Shown here piece by piece: positions 29,782 through 40,336 of a stretch of DNA of 64,000 nucleotides (positions within the stretch are counted from its first letter, which is position 1; each line of letters begins with the position of its first letter). The notes under the pieces were generated by a model, which had not been told where the DNA came from, made no database searches, and saw only the letters and a program-made list of their open reading frames with translations. Origin of the DNA: a bacterium (GTDB lineage: Bacteria > JADJOY01). The position numbers were made by a program, and so were the translations under genes. The DNA lies in contig JAXLQJ010000011.1 in NCBI GenBank assembly GCA_046331705.1, forward strand, positions 1 to 64,000, read 5' to 3'.

Positions 29782-30294
29782 TCACATCTGGATCGAGAAC
29801 GATCGCGTCTGCCTCGACACCGTTTGCGGCTTCTGCCCGGTCTTGTAGGTGCGCTGCGTGAAGATCACGGTGTTGTTGCCGGAGGTGGTGAGCTGGACCT
29901 GGCAGCTGTTGGCATCCGTGTCGACGTTCGTGGTGGTGTAGGCGCGTTGGTTGCGATTGCGCGGGTTCTTCTCGGTGGTGTGTCGTCCGAGCACGCAGTC
30001 GCGCGCGTCCTGCGCCGGGTTCGACGATGGCCCGGTGCTGCAGGACGTCGGAACACCCTGCAGCAGGACCTTGTTCATCTCGTTGCCGATGTCGCCGTTC
30101 AGCGCCTTGTAGATCGAGTCGCAGGCTCGGTTGGCGGCATTGGTGCGGGCGCCGATGAGCTGGGGCACGGCGATCGCGGCGATGATGCCGAGGATGGCGA
30201 CGACCACGAGCATCTCCAGCAAGGAGAAGCCGGTGCTCGATCGGGGCGTGCCGCGGGTCGCGGCGTGGGAGTCGCTCGTTGCTGGCTTGCGCAT
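29782..30294 (-). CDS. Type IV pilin, candidate major pilin
   Basis: Class III signal G|FSLLEMLVVVAILGIIAAIAVP with E5 and P22; GAGG RBS; 4 Cys. Confidence 0.88.
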   Translation of the reverse strand: MRKPATSDSHAATRGTPRSSTGFSLLEMLVVVAILGIIAAIAVPQLIGARTNAANRACDSIYKALNGDIGNEMNKVLLQGVPTSCSTGPSSNPAQDARDCVLGRHTTEKNPRNRNQRAYTTTNVDTDANSCQVQLTTSGNNTVIFTQRTYKTGQKPQTVSRQTRSFSIQM

Positions 30295-30439
30295 GTCTAG
30301 CCTCGTTCGCGTGCCCGGACGCGCCACGGAGGCCGTGCTCGCGTCCAGGTGGGAAAGCCCGACGGACCGTTGGAAAGCCGTGGGCGCCTCACGCGTTCTT
30401 GAATCGGGTGTCAGGCCCCGGAGCATCGTCGCCGTTGCG

Positions 30440-30469
30440 TTGACAGTGGAAATATCGAATCCCTATACT
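30440..30469 (+). promoter_or_regulatory. Sigma70-type promoter TTGACA-N18-TATACT
   Basis: Near-consensus hexamers in an AT-rich patch of the divergent pilin intergenic region. Confidence 0.65.
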
Positions 30470-30511
30470 CTTTGCATATAGCGAATTCTGGGTGCTCTCA
30501 GCAAGCGGAAC

Positions 30512-31090
30512 GTGGAGCAGCGCATGCGGAATCGGCCGGGCAGGGTGGGCGCAGCGGGTGGTTTTTCGTTGGTCGAGCTGCTGGTGGTCGTCTCGATCAT
30601 CGTGATCATCACGGCGATCGCCATCGGCCAGTACGCTGGCGCCCGGACGCAGCGGGTTCGCCACGAGGCGACGGCCTCGTTGCCCGCGCTCAAGGCCTGG
30701 GAAGAAGGATTCTACGAGCGGACCGGGGGCTACCGGTTCAGCTCTTCCACAGCGACCGATCGCGTTCGTTACCAGACCGCCTCCACGAACCAATGCCTCA
30801 ACCCCTACACGGGCGACAACACCAACGTCTTCGCTCGCGACGCGAACCCGACCAACGTCAACGGTTTCGGTCCGCAGGGGTGCCAGTTCGAGTACTACGT
30901 GATCAGCGACCGGTGCGATTCGAACTGCACCGACGGCGGCGCCGGCGACGCGTGCGAGAGCGCGTCGCCCGTGCGTTGTTTTTGCGCGATCGCCCTCGGC
31001 ACCGGTACCGTGGCGAAGGGCGAGCGGTTCTGCATCGACGACCTGGGACGGCAGTTCGCGAGCGTGTCGGGCATGAAGGATTGGAACTGA
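30512..31090 (+). CDS. Cys-rich type IV pilin-like protein (alternative start 30524)
   Basis: G|FSLVELLVVVSIIVIITAIAI; 8 Cys. Confidence 0.85.
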   Translation: MEQRMRNRPGRVGAAGGFSLVELLVVVSIIVIITAIAIGQYAGARTQRVRHEATASLPALKAWEEGFYERTGGYRFSSSTATDRVRYQTASTNQCLNPYTGDNTNVFARDANPTNVNGFGPQGCQFEYYVISDRCDSNCTDGGAGDACESASPVRCFCAIALGTGTVAKGERFCIDDLGRQFASVSGMKDWN

Positions 31091-31121
31091 GGCGCGTCGG
31101 CGCCTCGCGAAGGAGTCCGGA

Positions 31122-31574
31122 ATGAAGCGAGCGGGCATGTCGAGTGATCCAAGCGCCGGGGGCTTCACCCTCGTCGAGCTCTTGGTGGTCGTGACCATTC
31201 TCGGGTTGCTCGCGATCATCGCCGTGCCGCAGCTCTTCGGCACCCGCCAGAAGGGCGTGCGGAAGGAAGGCATGACGAACGTGATGAACATCGCGGGCGC
31301 CATGGAGCGCCGCTTCTCGGACGGGAATTTCTCGTACACGAACGGCAGCGGCACGTGCCCGGGAACGGCGACGTTCACTGGTGGCTCGACGGTCACGGAC
31401 TTGAGCCTGGCGGTCCAGGGCTCGTACTACAGCTACCAGATCGCGGTCACGGACCCGAACGGCGACAATCTCTGCGAGAACTACACGATCACGGCCACCG
31501 GCGTGGCCGCGCCCGTGACCGGCCAGACCATCACGTACAACCAGGCGGGCGTGAAGGGCGGGACCTGGCAGTGA
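31122..31574 (+). CDS. PilE-like type IV pilin
   Basis: G|FTLVELLVVVTILGLLAIIAVPQ; MERRF, YYSY, YTITAT typical of PilE. Confidence 0.85.
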   Translation: MKRAGMSSDPSAGGFTLVELLVVVTILGLLAIIAVPQLFGTRQKGVRKEGMTNVMNIAGAMERRFSDGNFSYTNGSGTCPGTATFTGGSTVTDLSLAVQGSYYSYQIAVTDPNGDNLCENYTITATGVAAPVTGQTITYNQAGVKGGTWQ

Positions 31575-31677
31575 GCAGCGGGGCCTGGCGCTGAGCCGCT
31601 GAACGCGTGCCGCGCCCCCCGAGCGTTCTCGTCCGCGTGAAGTACCCGCCTTCCTCGCTGCAGCAGGGTCGAGCCGC

Positions 31678-32322
31678 GTGCACCGAGACGACCAGCGCCC
31701 CGACGACGCGTCGGGCGGCGCGACCCGGCCCAAGCGCGTAGCGCGCGTGCTCGCGCTCGCGATGCTCGTCTTGACCTCGATGACGCTCGCCGTCGGTCAT
31801 CGGGCGACGGTGGACACGCGCCGCGCCCAAGCGCGTGCAGCCGCCGCCCGCGCGGGCGGCGACCGCCTCCAGGAGATCGTGGAGCGGGGTCGCGTGATCC
31901 GCGCGTTCTCGTTCGGCCGCGACGCGGCGAGCCAAGCCTCCGCCGAGCTGGCCGAGCTCGGCGAAGGTGCGGAGCGTGCCGGCGACGCGGCGCTCGCGCG
32001 CGAGGCGTGGCGCGAGCTGCGCAGCGCGTGGTTCGCCGTGCGCGGGCTCGGTGATCCGGGGCACGCCTGGATCGAGCGCGCCGGTGCAGCGCTCACCCGG
32101 CTCGGCGCGCCGCGGGAAGCGGCGATCGAGCCGCGCCTGGCGCAGCCGATGTCCTCGCTCGTGGCGTTCGTCGCGCTGCTCGGATGGTGTGGCGCTGGGT
32201 TCGGCCTGATTCGGTTCGGGATGGACGCGACCGGTCGATTGCGTGCGCGGCCCGCGGCGCCGTGGCTGATCGGCGTCGTGGTCGGGCTCGCGATCTGGGT
32301 CGCTGCGCTGCGCCTGGCGTGA
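31678..32322 (+). CDS. Hypothetical membrane protein
   Basis: N-terminal hydrophobic segment and two C-terminal TM helices; co-oriented within pil genes. Confidence 0.6.
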   Translation: MHRDDQRPDDASGGATRPKRVARVLALAMLVLTSMTLAVGHRATVDTRRAQARAAAARAGGDRLQEIVERGRVIRAFSFGRDAASQASAELAELGEGAERAGDAALAREAWRELRSAWFAVRGLGDPGHAWIERAGAALTRLGAPREAAIEPRLAQPMSSLVAFVALLGWCGAGFGLIRFGMDATGRLRARPAAPWLIGVVVGLAIWVAALRLA

Positions 32323-32332
32323 GCGGGGACCG

Positions 32333-32515
32333 ATGATCGCCTGGCTGCTCACGATCTCGGGCGCGGTCTTCGTGGCGTACGGGGGACGCGCGGTCGCCGG
32401 CGAGCCCGAGCCGTCGTGGCCGGGCGCGCTCATCCTTCCAGGCGGTCTGCTCGTGTTGGGCCTCGGTGCGCTCGGTCTGCTGATTCCCGGTTTTCTTCCC
32501 GATTCGCTCTGGTAG
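32333..32515 (+). CDS. Small 2-TM hypothetical protein (60 aa)
   Basis: GGGGA RBS; two hydrophobic helices; fills the gap before pilD. Confidence 0.5.
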   Translation: MIAWLLTISGAVFVAYGGRAVAGEPEPSWPGALILPGGLLVLGLGALGLLIPGFLPDSLW

Positions 32516-32590
32516 GATCCGCGCTGGCTCCGTCGCCGGCGCGCACGAGCGCGGCGGTCGCGAGCCGCCGCTCGCCGTGCGAGCCTCGTC

Positions 32591-33469
32591 ATGCCGCCGA
32601 TCGCCGATCAGCTCCGCCTGGCCGTGAGCGTGTGGCCCAGCTGGGGGCTGGTCTTCGTGGGGCTGGTCGGCGCGTGCGTCGGCAGCTTCCTCAACGTGGT
32701 GATCTGGCGCTTGCCGGTCGGTCAGTCGCTCTTCAAGCCGGATTCGCGCTGCCCGTCGTGTCTCGTGAAGCTGCGCTGGCGGGACAACCTGCCGGTGGTG
32801 GGCTGGCTGCTGGTCAAGCGACGCTGCGGCCGTTGCTGGGCGCCGGTCGCGTCGCGCTATCCGCTGGTCGAGGCGCTGACGGCGGCGCTCGCGGTGGTGC
32901 TGGTGCGCATCGACGGATACTCGTGGGCAACGCTCGCCACCGCCGTGTTCGTGGCGGCGCTGGTGGCGATCACGTTCATCGACCTCGATCACTTCATCAT
33001 CCCCAACGTCATCTCGTACTCGGGGATCGTGCTCGGGTTGGTGTTCACCCGTGCGCTCGCGCCCGCGAGCGCGGCGGCGCCGGCGGCGAGCGTGGGCTGG
33101 CTGAGCGACGCCTTGCGCTGGTGGGTCGAGCGCCGCGCGGCGGTAGGCGGAATCGTGCTCGGCGGGGGCTCGCTCTACGTCGTGGCGCTCGCGTATTGGT
33201 GGGTGCGTCGACAGGAGGGCATGGGCGGCGGCGACGTCAAGATGCTGGCGATGATCGGGGCGTTTCTCGGCTGGCAGGCGATCCCCTTCACGATCCTGGT
33301 GGCGTCGCTCTCCGGCGTCGTGATCGGCATCGCGAGCGCGATCGTCCAGCGCGGCTCGCTCCAGCACCGCATCCCGTTCGGGCCATTCCTGGCGTTCGGG
33401 GCACTCGCGTGGGTGTACCTGGCGCGCTATCTCCCCGAAGCGCTCAGGATCGTGCCGGCCAACGTTTGA
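32591..33469 (+). CDS. pilD: Prepilin peptidase/N-methyltransferase
   Basis: GSFLNVVIWRLP, SRCPSC, CGRC, YPLVE, FIDLD, GMGGGDVK, IPFGPFLA. Confidence 0.96.
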   Translation: MPPIADQLRLAVSVWPSWGLVFVGLVGACVGSFLNVVIWRLPVGQSLFKPDSRCPSCLVKLRWRDNLPVVGWLLVKRRCGRCWAPVASRYPLVEALTAALAVVLVRIDGYSWATLATAVFVAALVAITFIDLDHFIIPNVISYSGIVLGLVFTRALAPASAAAPAASVGWLSDALRWWVERRAAVGGIVLGGGSLYVVALAYWWVRRQEGMGGGDVKMLAMIGAFLGWQAIPFTILVASLSGVVIGIASAIVQRGSLQHRIPFGPFLAFGALAWVYLARYLPEALRIVPANV

Positions 33470-35151
33470 ACGAACGCGCGACCTCCGACCTCGGATTGCC
33501 GAGCGACACGATCACGGCGGTCGCCACGCGCGGGCGTCGGCTCGCGACCGACGTGCTGCTGAGCCTCGGCACCACCGTGGCCACCGCGCTGGTGCTGCTG
33601 GTGGTGATCGTCGTGCGCTCGTCCGAGGAGGTGAACCTCACGCGCGAGCAGACCCGCTTTCGCCTGGAGCTGGCGCAGCTCACCGACGCCACGATTCGCG
33701 ATCGCGTGCTGCCCGGCGGCTCGGTGCGCGATTGGATCATGCTGCTCTTCGGAGTTCGCGAGGGGGATGGCTTCTTGCTCGTGGCGCCCGATGGGGAGTC
33801 GCTGGGACGCGGCCGGCCCGCCGAGGACCCGGGCTGGATGGAGCGGCTGAAGGCGCTTCCGCCACAGGCGCCGACCGAGGTGGAGGTGGAGCGCACGGGT
33901 CTCTTCCGTCGCCCCGCCCGCCTGATCGGAACCACCAGCGTTCCCATCGATCGCGTCGAGTACGGCTTGGTCGCCGTGCGCGAGCTCGCCGGCCAGGGCC
34001 GGGCCGGCATCGTCGAGGTGCTCGGCGCGTCGGTGGTCCTCTTCACGTGCGTGCCGATCGCGTTCGGGTACCTGTTGCTGGCGCGCGCGGTCGTGAAGCC
34101 GATCTCGCGGCTCGTGGCGGTGACGGAGCGGATGGGACGAGGGGACCTCGCCGCGCGGGTCGGTGCGGCGGATCTCTCGAGCAACGAGGTCGGGCAGCTG
34201 GCCCGCTCGTTCGACGCCATGGCGGCGCGCGTCGAGCAAGATCAGCGCGTGCTCGAGCGGCAGCTCGCGGAGCTGGCGTCGGTCAATCGCGAGCTGGCGC
34301 GAGCTCAGGAGGATCGGGTGCGCGCCGAGAAGCTGGCCATGCTGGGGCGACTCTCGGCGGGGGTCGCGCACGAGATCGGTAACCCGCTGGGCGCGATCCA
34401 AGGATTCACCGAGCTCTTGCTCGATGCCGAGCGCGGCGCGGGCGCGCTCGGCGCGGAGGAACGCGCCGATCTCCTGGCGCGCATCGAGCGCGAGACGCGC
34501 CGCATCCGCGCCATCGTCGAGGGCCTGCTGCGCTTCGCGCGAACGCCGGCGACGGCCGAGACCGCCTGCGAGCCCGATCCCGTCGTGCGCGACACGGTCA
34601 CGCTGCTGCGTGATCAGGGTGCGTTGCGGGAGGTGGAGACGACGACCGAGCTCGCCGCCACGGGGCGAGCGGTGGCGATCGACGCTCACGGGCTGCAGCA
34701 AGTGCTGGTGAATCTCTGCCTCAACGCGGTCGACGCCATGGGGGGACGCGGCCGGCTTTCCATCGCGACCCGCGCGTGCGCCGCCCACGAGCGCGCGCTG
34801 CGGGGCGCAGCCGACGGCGCCGACGCGACGTGGGTCGAGATCCTGGCGCCGTCGGGGCGCGCGACGCACGAGTCCGACGCGCAGGGAGTCGCGATCCTCG
34901 TACGTGACACGGGGCACGGCATCGCGACCGCGCTCGTGCCACGCATCTTCGAGCCGTTCATGACCACGAAGGACGTCGGAAAGGGCACCGGGCTCGGACT
35001 GGCCATCGTGCTGGGAACCGTGGAAAACGTGGGTGGAGGCATCGCGTTGCACACGTCCGCGACGGGTACGGCGATCGAGATCTGGGTGCCCCTGGCGGGG
35101 ACTTCCTCGCACGCGGTCGCTGCTGCGACGTTGCTCGGATCACGCGCGTGA
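33466..35151 (+). CDS. HAMP-containing sensor histidine kinase (PilS2-like position)
   Basis: 2 TM segments, HAMP (NEVGQLARSFD.M), GVAHEIGNPL, QVLVNLCLNA, DTGHGI, FEPF.TTK..GKGTGLGL; start uncertain. Confidence 0.9.
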   Translation: MNERATSDLGLPSDTITAVATRGRRLATDVLLSLGTTVATALVLLVVIVVRSSEEVNLTREQTRFRLELAQLTDATIRDRVLPGGSVRDWIMLLFGVREGDGFLLVAPDGESLGRGRPAEDPGWMERLKALPPQAPTEVEVERTGLFRRPARLIGTTSVPIDRVEYGLVAVRELAGQGRAGIVEVLGASVVLFTCVPIAFGYLLLARAVVKPISRLVAVTERMGRGDLAARVGAADLSSNEVGQLARSFDAMAARVEQDQRVLERQLAELASVNRELARAQEDRVRAEKLAMLGRLSAGVAHEIGNPLGAIQGFTELLLDAERGAGALGAEERADLLARIERETRRIRAIVEGLLRFARTPATAETACEPDPVVRDTVTLLRDQGALREVETTTELAATGRAVAIDAHGLQQVLVNLCLNAVDAMGGRGRLSIATRACAAHERALRGAADGADATWVEILAPSGRATHESDAQGVAILVRDTGHGIATALVPRIFEPFMTTKDVGKGTGLGLAIVLGTVENVGGGIALHTSATGTAIEIWVPLAGTSSHAVAAATLLGSRA

Positions 35152-35167
35152 CGAGGGGCTGGCGACG

Positions 35168-36565
<1,398 letters not shown>

Positions 36566-36594
36566 GCGGCGGACGGGCGCTCGCGGGGGCGTTC

Positions 36595-36624
36595 TTGACC
36601 GGATCTCCGGCGCTCGGGTACGAT
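36595..36624 (+). promoter_or_regulatory. Putative sigma70-type promoter TTGACC-N18-TACGAT for the minor pilin operon
   Basis: Hexamer match in the intergenic region upstream of fimU-1. Confidence 0.45.
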
Positions 36625-36702
36625 TTGCTCATTGCAAAGACAGGCGCGGGCGGATACACGCCTCGCCGTCTCGTCGCGCCCGGGGGGGACGCTGTGGCTC
36701 GA

Positions 36703-37533
36703 ATGGTTGATCGCCGGAAGCAAACGAGTTTTCCGCGTCCGTGGCGTCGCCCCACCGAGGACGGCTTCACGCTCGTCGAGCTGCTCGTGGTGATGTTCAT
36801 CGTCGGACTGGTCGCGCTCACGGCGGCGCCCTACCTGCGGCAGGGAATCAAGTCCTCGCAGAGCAACACCGCGGCGCGCACCCTGTACACGGATCTGGCG
36901 CTCGCGCGCTCGCTGGCGGTGAAGACCGGGTTCCCGCACCTGGTCGAGTTCTGCGGCGGCGTGTCGGTGGATGGATCTGGCACCTTCACGGCGGTACCCG
37001 GATACATGGTGATCGAGTGCTCGAGCGGCACACCGCCGGTGGCGGATTTCGGCGCCTCTCAATGCCTCTCGACCAGCGTGTGCGCCGAGCTCTCGAACGA
37101 CACGCCGTCCGGGCTCGCGACGGTGCGTCGCGAGGTGAATCTGCTCAAGGGCGGATACGAGGCCGAGTCCGGTGCCAACAGTGCCGTGAAGGCGATCTCC
37201 GGCGTCACGTTCGGCGTGGTCGGATCCGGACTGGTTGCGACGGGCTCCGCGCCGAGCGAGCCCGCGATACCGCCCGACGGGATCGACCTCGCTTGTCCCA
37301 CCTCCGGCGCCGCCGAGCGGCGGTTCTTCTTCACGAAGGACGGGCAAGCGGTATCCGACGACGGATCGCGCAGCCCGTGCAGCGGCGCGCTCTACATCAC
37401 CAGCAACCTGGAAAAGAGCAAGGGTGGCGTCAGCCCGACTTACGACACTTCGCTGAATCGCGCCGTGGAGTTCAGCGCCGCGGGTGGATTGCACGTGTAC
37501 AAGTGGGACACGAGCCAGAATGGGTGGCGATGA
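36703..37533 (+). CDS. fimU: FimU/FimT-like minor pilin (copy 1)
   Basis: G|FTLVELLVVMFIVGLVALTAAP; AARTLYTDLALARSLAV; FFTKDG. Confidence 0.8.
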   Translation: MVDRRKQTSFPRPWRRPTEDGFTLVELLVVMFIVGLVALTAAPYLRQGIKSSQSNTAARTLYTDLALARSLAVKTGFPHLVEFCGGVSVDGSGTFTAVPGYMVIECSSGTPPVADFGASQCLSTSVCAELSNDTPSGLATVRREVNLLKGGYEAESGANSAVKAISGVTFGVVGSGLVATGSAPSEPAIPPDGIDLACPTSGAAERRFFFTKDGQAVSDDGSRSPCSGALYITSNLEKSKGGVSPTYDTSLNRAVEFSAAGGLHVYKWDTSQNGWR

Positions 37534-37546
37534 CACGAGGATGCGG

Positions 37547-38296
37547 ATGCCGAACCTGACACGACATTCGGGCCCACGATTCGCGACGCGGCAAGCGCGT
37601 CGGTCTTGCTCGGGATTCACCATCGTCGAGCTGATGGTCGTGATCTTCCTCGTGGGGCTCTTGATCCTCGTCGCAGCACCGTTCCTGCAACAGGGCACGC
37701 GTGACACCCAGGCGAACAGCGCGGCGCGCGAGCTGTGGACCGACCTGGTCTACGCCAAGACCGAGGCCGTTCGCACTGGATTCCCTCATCTGGTCGAGAT
37801 GTGCGCCAGTCCTCCGGGCTACGTGATCGTGCGCTGCTCGTCGGGGACGCCCGCGGCGGCCGACTATGCGTCGAGCGCATGCGCCGACGGGGGCCTGGGG
37901 GGAATGTGCACGCTGCTGTCGAGCGGAGTCGCGTCCACCAACCAGGCCGTCGTGCGGCAGGTGACGCTGGGCCGGCGTTCCTCGGCCACCGAGAGCGCCA
38001 TTCGCCTCGGGCTGGTTGGCACGCCCGGGCCGACTCCCGGACGCACGGGGGTCACGCCGCCGAGCGACGGGCTGGATCTCGCCAACTGCGATTCCACGGG
38101 CACCGCGCGTCGCTTCTTCTTCAACGAGCGCGGTCAGATCGTGACCGACACCAGCGCCCACACTCCGTGCCGGGGTGCCATCTATCTGACCGGTCGGACG
38201 AACGAGAGCGTCGACGGCAATCGCGCGGTCGAGTTCAACACCGTGGGCATGGCACGTGCTTACCGCTACACGTCGGGGTCGGGTGGGTGGAAATGA
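37547..38296 (+). CDS. fimU: FimU/FimT-like minor pilin (copy 2)
   Basis: G|FTIVELMVVIFLVGLLILVAAP; AARELWTDLVYAKTEAV; FFNERG; aligns along its length with copy 1. Confidence 0.8.
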   Translation: MPNLTRHSGPRFATRQARRSCSGFTIVELMVVIFLVGLLILVAAPFLQQGTRDTQANSAARELWTDLVYAKTEAVRTGFPHLVEMCASPPGYVIVRCSSGTPAAADYASSACADGGLGGMCTLLSSGVASTNQAVVRQVTLGRRSSATESAIRLGLVGTPGPTPGRTGVTPPSDGLDLANCDSTGTARRFFFNERGQIVTDTSAHTPCRGAIYLTGRTNESVDGNRAVEFNTVGMARAYRYTSGSGGWK

Positions 38297-38748
38297 CGAC
38301 GCACGAGATGCAGGCGAAATTCGGCGGCCGCACGACTGCCACGACCGCCGGCGGGTTCACGCTGGTGGAGGTGCTCGTTGCGCTCTTCGTGCTGGCGGTC
38401 GGGCTGCTCGGGCTCGCGTCGCTTCAGCTCAATGCGTCGCGCGGCAACGCCCAGAGCGGGGTCGGTACGCGGGCGGTGCTCATCGCGCAGAGCCGCATGG
38501 AGATGCTGAAGAGCGCGGCGTTCGCCGACATCAAGGACGGTTCCGGGCTCAGCACGCTGTGCAACGAGGACGTCAAGATCAAGAACTCGGTGGGTGCCGA
38601 CGTCGTCTTCTTCCAGGTGACCTGCACCTACGCTCCTCAGGACACCGACGGCGATGGTGTCGATGATCTCGTGGATCTCGACGTCACGGTCCAGTACCCG
38701 GGCGCCAGCACGCCCGTTCACCTGATCTCGAGTCGGACGTCGGCGTGA
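38293..38748 (+). CDS. pilV: PilV-like minor pilin (copy 1)
   Basis: G|FTLVEVLVALFVLAVGLLGLASLQ; AQSRMEMLK; ATGA overlap with upstream stop. Confidence 0.85.
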   Translation: MTTHEMQAKFGGRTTATTAGGFTLVEVLVALFVLAVGLLGLASLQLNASRGNAQSGVGTRAVLIAQSRMEMLKSAAFADIKDGSGLSTLCNEDVKIKNSVGADVVFFQVTCTYAPQDTDGDGVDDLVDLDVTVQYPGASTPVHLISSRTSA

Positions 38749-39197
38749 GACGGGTCGCGGGAGGACCTCCGATGCGGCGGTCGAATGGCTTCACGCTCCT
38801 CGAGGTGCTGATCGCCCTGATGATCCTGGCGATCGGCGTCCTCGCCGTGACGACCATGCAGCTCAACGCCACCAAGAACAGCGCGGTGGGGGACGTGATC
38901 TCGAAGGCGCTCACGGTGGCCGAGTCGCGCGTCGAGCTGTTGCGCAGCTCCCCGCCGGCCAACCTCGTGGATGGCGGCACTCTCGACACCCAGTGTCAAC
39001 AATCCGTGGTGTTCGCCAACGACACGGGAGTGACGGGCGCGTCGAACGCCGCGTTCAGCGTGGACTGTAGCTACTCCACGGTGTGCGAGCTCTCGCCGTG
39101 CCCGCCAGGCATCCAGACGCGCCAGTTCACCGTCACGGTGACGTCCAGCGTGCTCACCAACCCCGTGCGTCTCACCGGCAAGGTCCCCCTCTCATGA
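38745..39197 (+). CDS. pilV: PilV-like minor pilin (copy 2)
   Basis: G|FTLLEVLIALMILAIGVLAVTTMQ; AESRVELLR. Confidence 0.85.
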   Translation: MRRVAGGPPMRRSNGFTLLEVLIALMILAIGVLAVTTMQLNATKNSAVGDVISKALTVAESRVELLRSSPPANLVDGGTLDTQCQQSVVFANDTGVTGASNAAFSVDCSYSTVCELSPCPPGIQTRQFTVTVTSSVLTNPVRLTGKVPLS

Positions 39198-40261
39198 GCA
39201 TCCCCCGCCGTCGCGGCGCGACGTTCCGATCCGAGGTGCAAGCGGGTTTCACGCTCGTCGAGCTGCTCATCACGCTGCTGCTCTTCAGCCTGCTGATCGC
39301 GGGCATCTGGTCGACGTTCTCGGCTCAGAAGCGCACCGCGGCGAGCCAGGATCAGCTCGTCGAGGTGAACAACAACCTGCGGATCGGCATGTGGGGGCTG
39401 GGGATCGACCTGATGCAGGCCGGGCTCGGGCGCGTCTTCACGGCTGCGAGCGGCTCGTGTCGCGACGTCGGCGTGCTGGACGCGAACCCGTATCAAGTCA
39501 CGTTCCTGTACGACGTCAACGACTCGGCGATGCAGACCCCTGGGACCACGGACGGGGCATCGTTCAGCTGGTACAACGCCTCGCTCTGCAGCGTGTCGGA
39601 TTGCACCGGGACCTGCTCGACCACCGCGAGCTCGACGGGCGTGAATCCCCACGCCGAGATCGTCCGCTGGGGGCTCGACAACCCGGCCGTGACCGGGTCG
39701 ATCGCGATCACGCGTGGAACCAGCAGCCCGTTCACCTCGACGTTCAACGCCACCAACGGGGCCACGGCGAAGACGAACATCGCGTACAGCGATCGCGACA
39801 CGAACAGCATCAATCCGAACCTCTACGATCTGTGGAAAGAGGTGACGAACAGCGCGGGCGTGGCCACCTCGGATCCCATCGCCTACGGCATCCGCGGGCC
39901 GTCCAGCGCGAACGCCGCGCCCACCGACGAGAACGGCAACGCGTTCGCGGTGTTCACGTACTTCCTCGACACGAACTACGACGGCGTCTGGCAGTGCACC
40001 TCGGGGTCCGGCCCGGATTCGATCAAGGGCGACACGAGCGGCGATTGCGCGTTGAGCAGCGCCGAGATCACGGCCCTCACGAACCCGGCGACGAGCGCCG
40101 GCGTGCTGACGCAAACCGAGCTCTATCAGGTGCTTCGCATCGCCGTGACCTTGCGCGGCGAGACGCAGCGTCCCGACGCGCAGTTCGCGGCCAACAACGG
40201 CTATCGATTCCGGATGCTGCGCACGACGTTCAAGCTCAACAACATGGCGTTCGCGCCTTGA
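39194..40261 (+). CDS. pilW: PilW-like minor pilin (copy 1)
   Basis: G|FTLVELLITL; NNLR...DLMQAG; C-terminal FKLNN. Confidence 0.8.
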   Translation: MSIPRRRGATFRSEVQAGFTLVELLITLLLFSLLIAGIWSTFSAQKRTAASQDQLVEVNNNLRIGMWGLGIDLMQAGLGRVFTAASGSCRDVGVLDANPYQVTFLYDVNDSAMQTPGTTDGASFSWYNASLCSVSDCTGTCSTTASSTGVNPHAEIVRWGLDNPAVTGSIAITRGTSSPFTSTFNATNGATAKTNIAYSDRDTNSINPNLYDLWKEVTNSAGVATSDPIAYGIRGPSSANAAPTDENGNAFAVFTYFLDTNYDGVWQCTSGSGPDSIKGDTSGDCALSSAEITALTNPATSAGVLTQTELYQVLRIAVTLRGETQRPDAQFAANNGYRFRMLRTTFKLNNMAFAP

Positions 40262-40336
40262 GTCGCCATGCACACCAGTCGTGACGAATCGCCCGGGGCT
40301 CGTGACCGGGCTTGCACCGTGAGAAAGGGGCGGGGG

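Noticed and set aside
32416-33465. N-terminal 350 aa of the 911-aa kinase ORF
   Set aside because: Off-frame overlap with pilD; the kinase plausibly starts at about 33466
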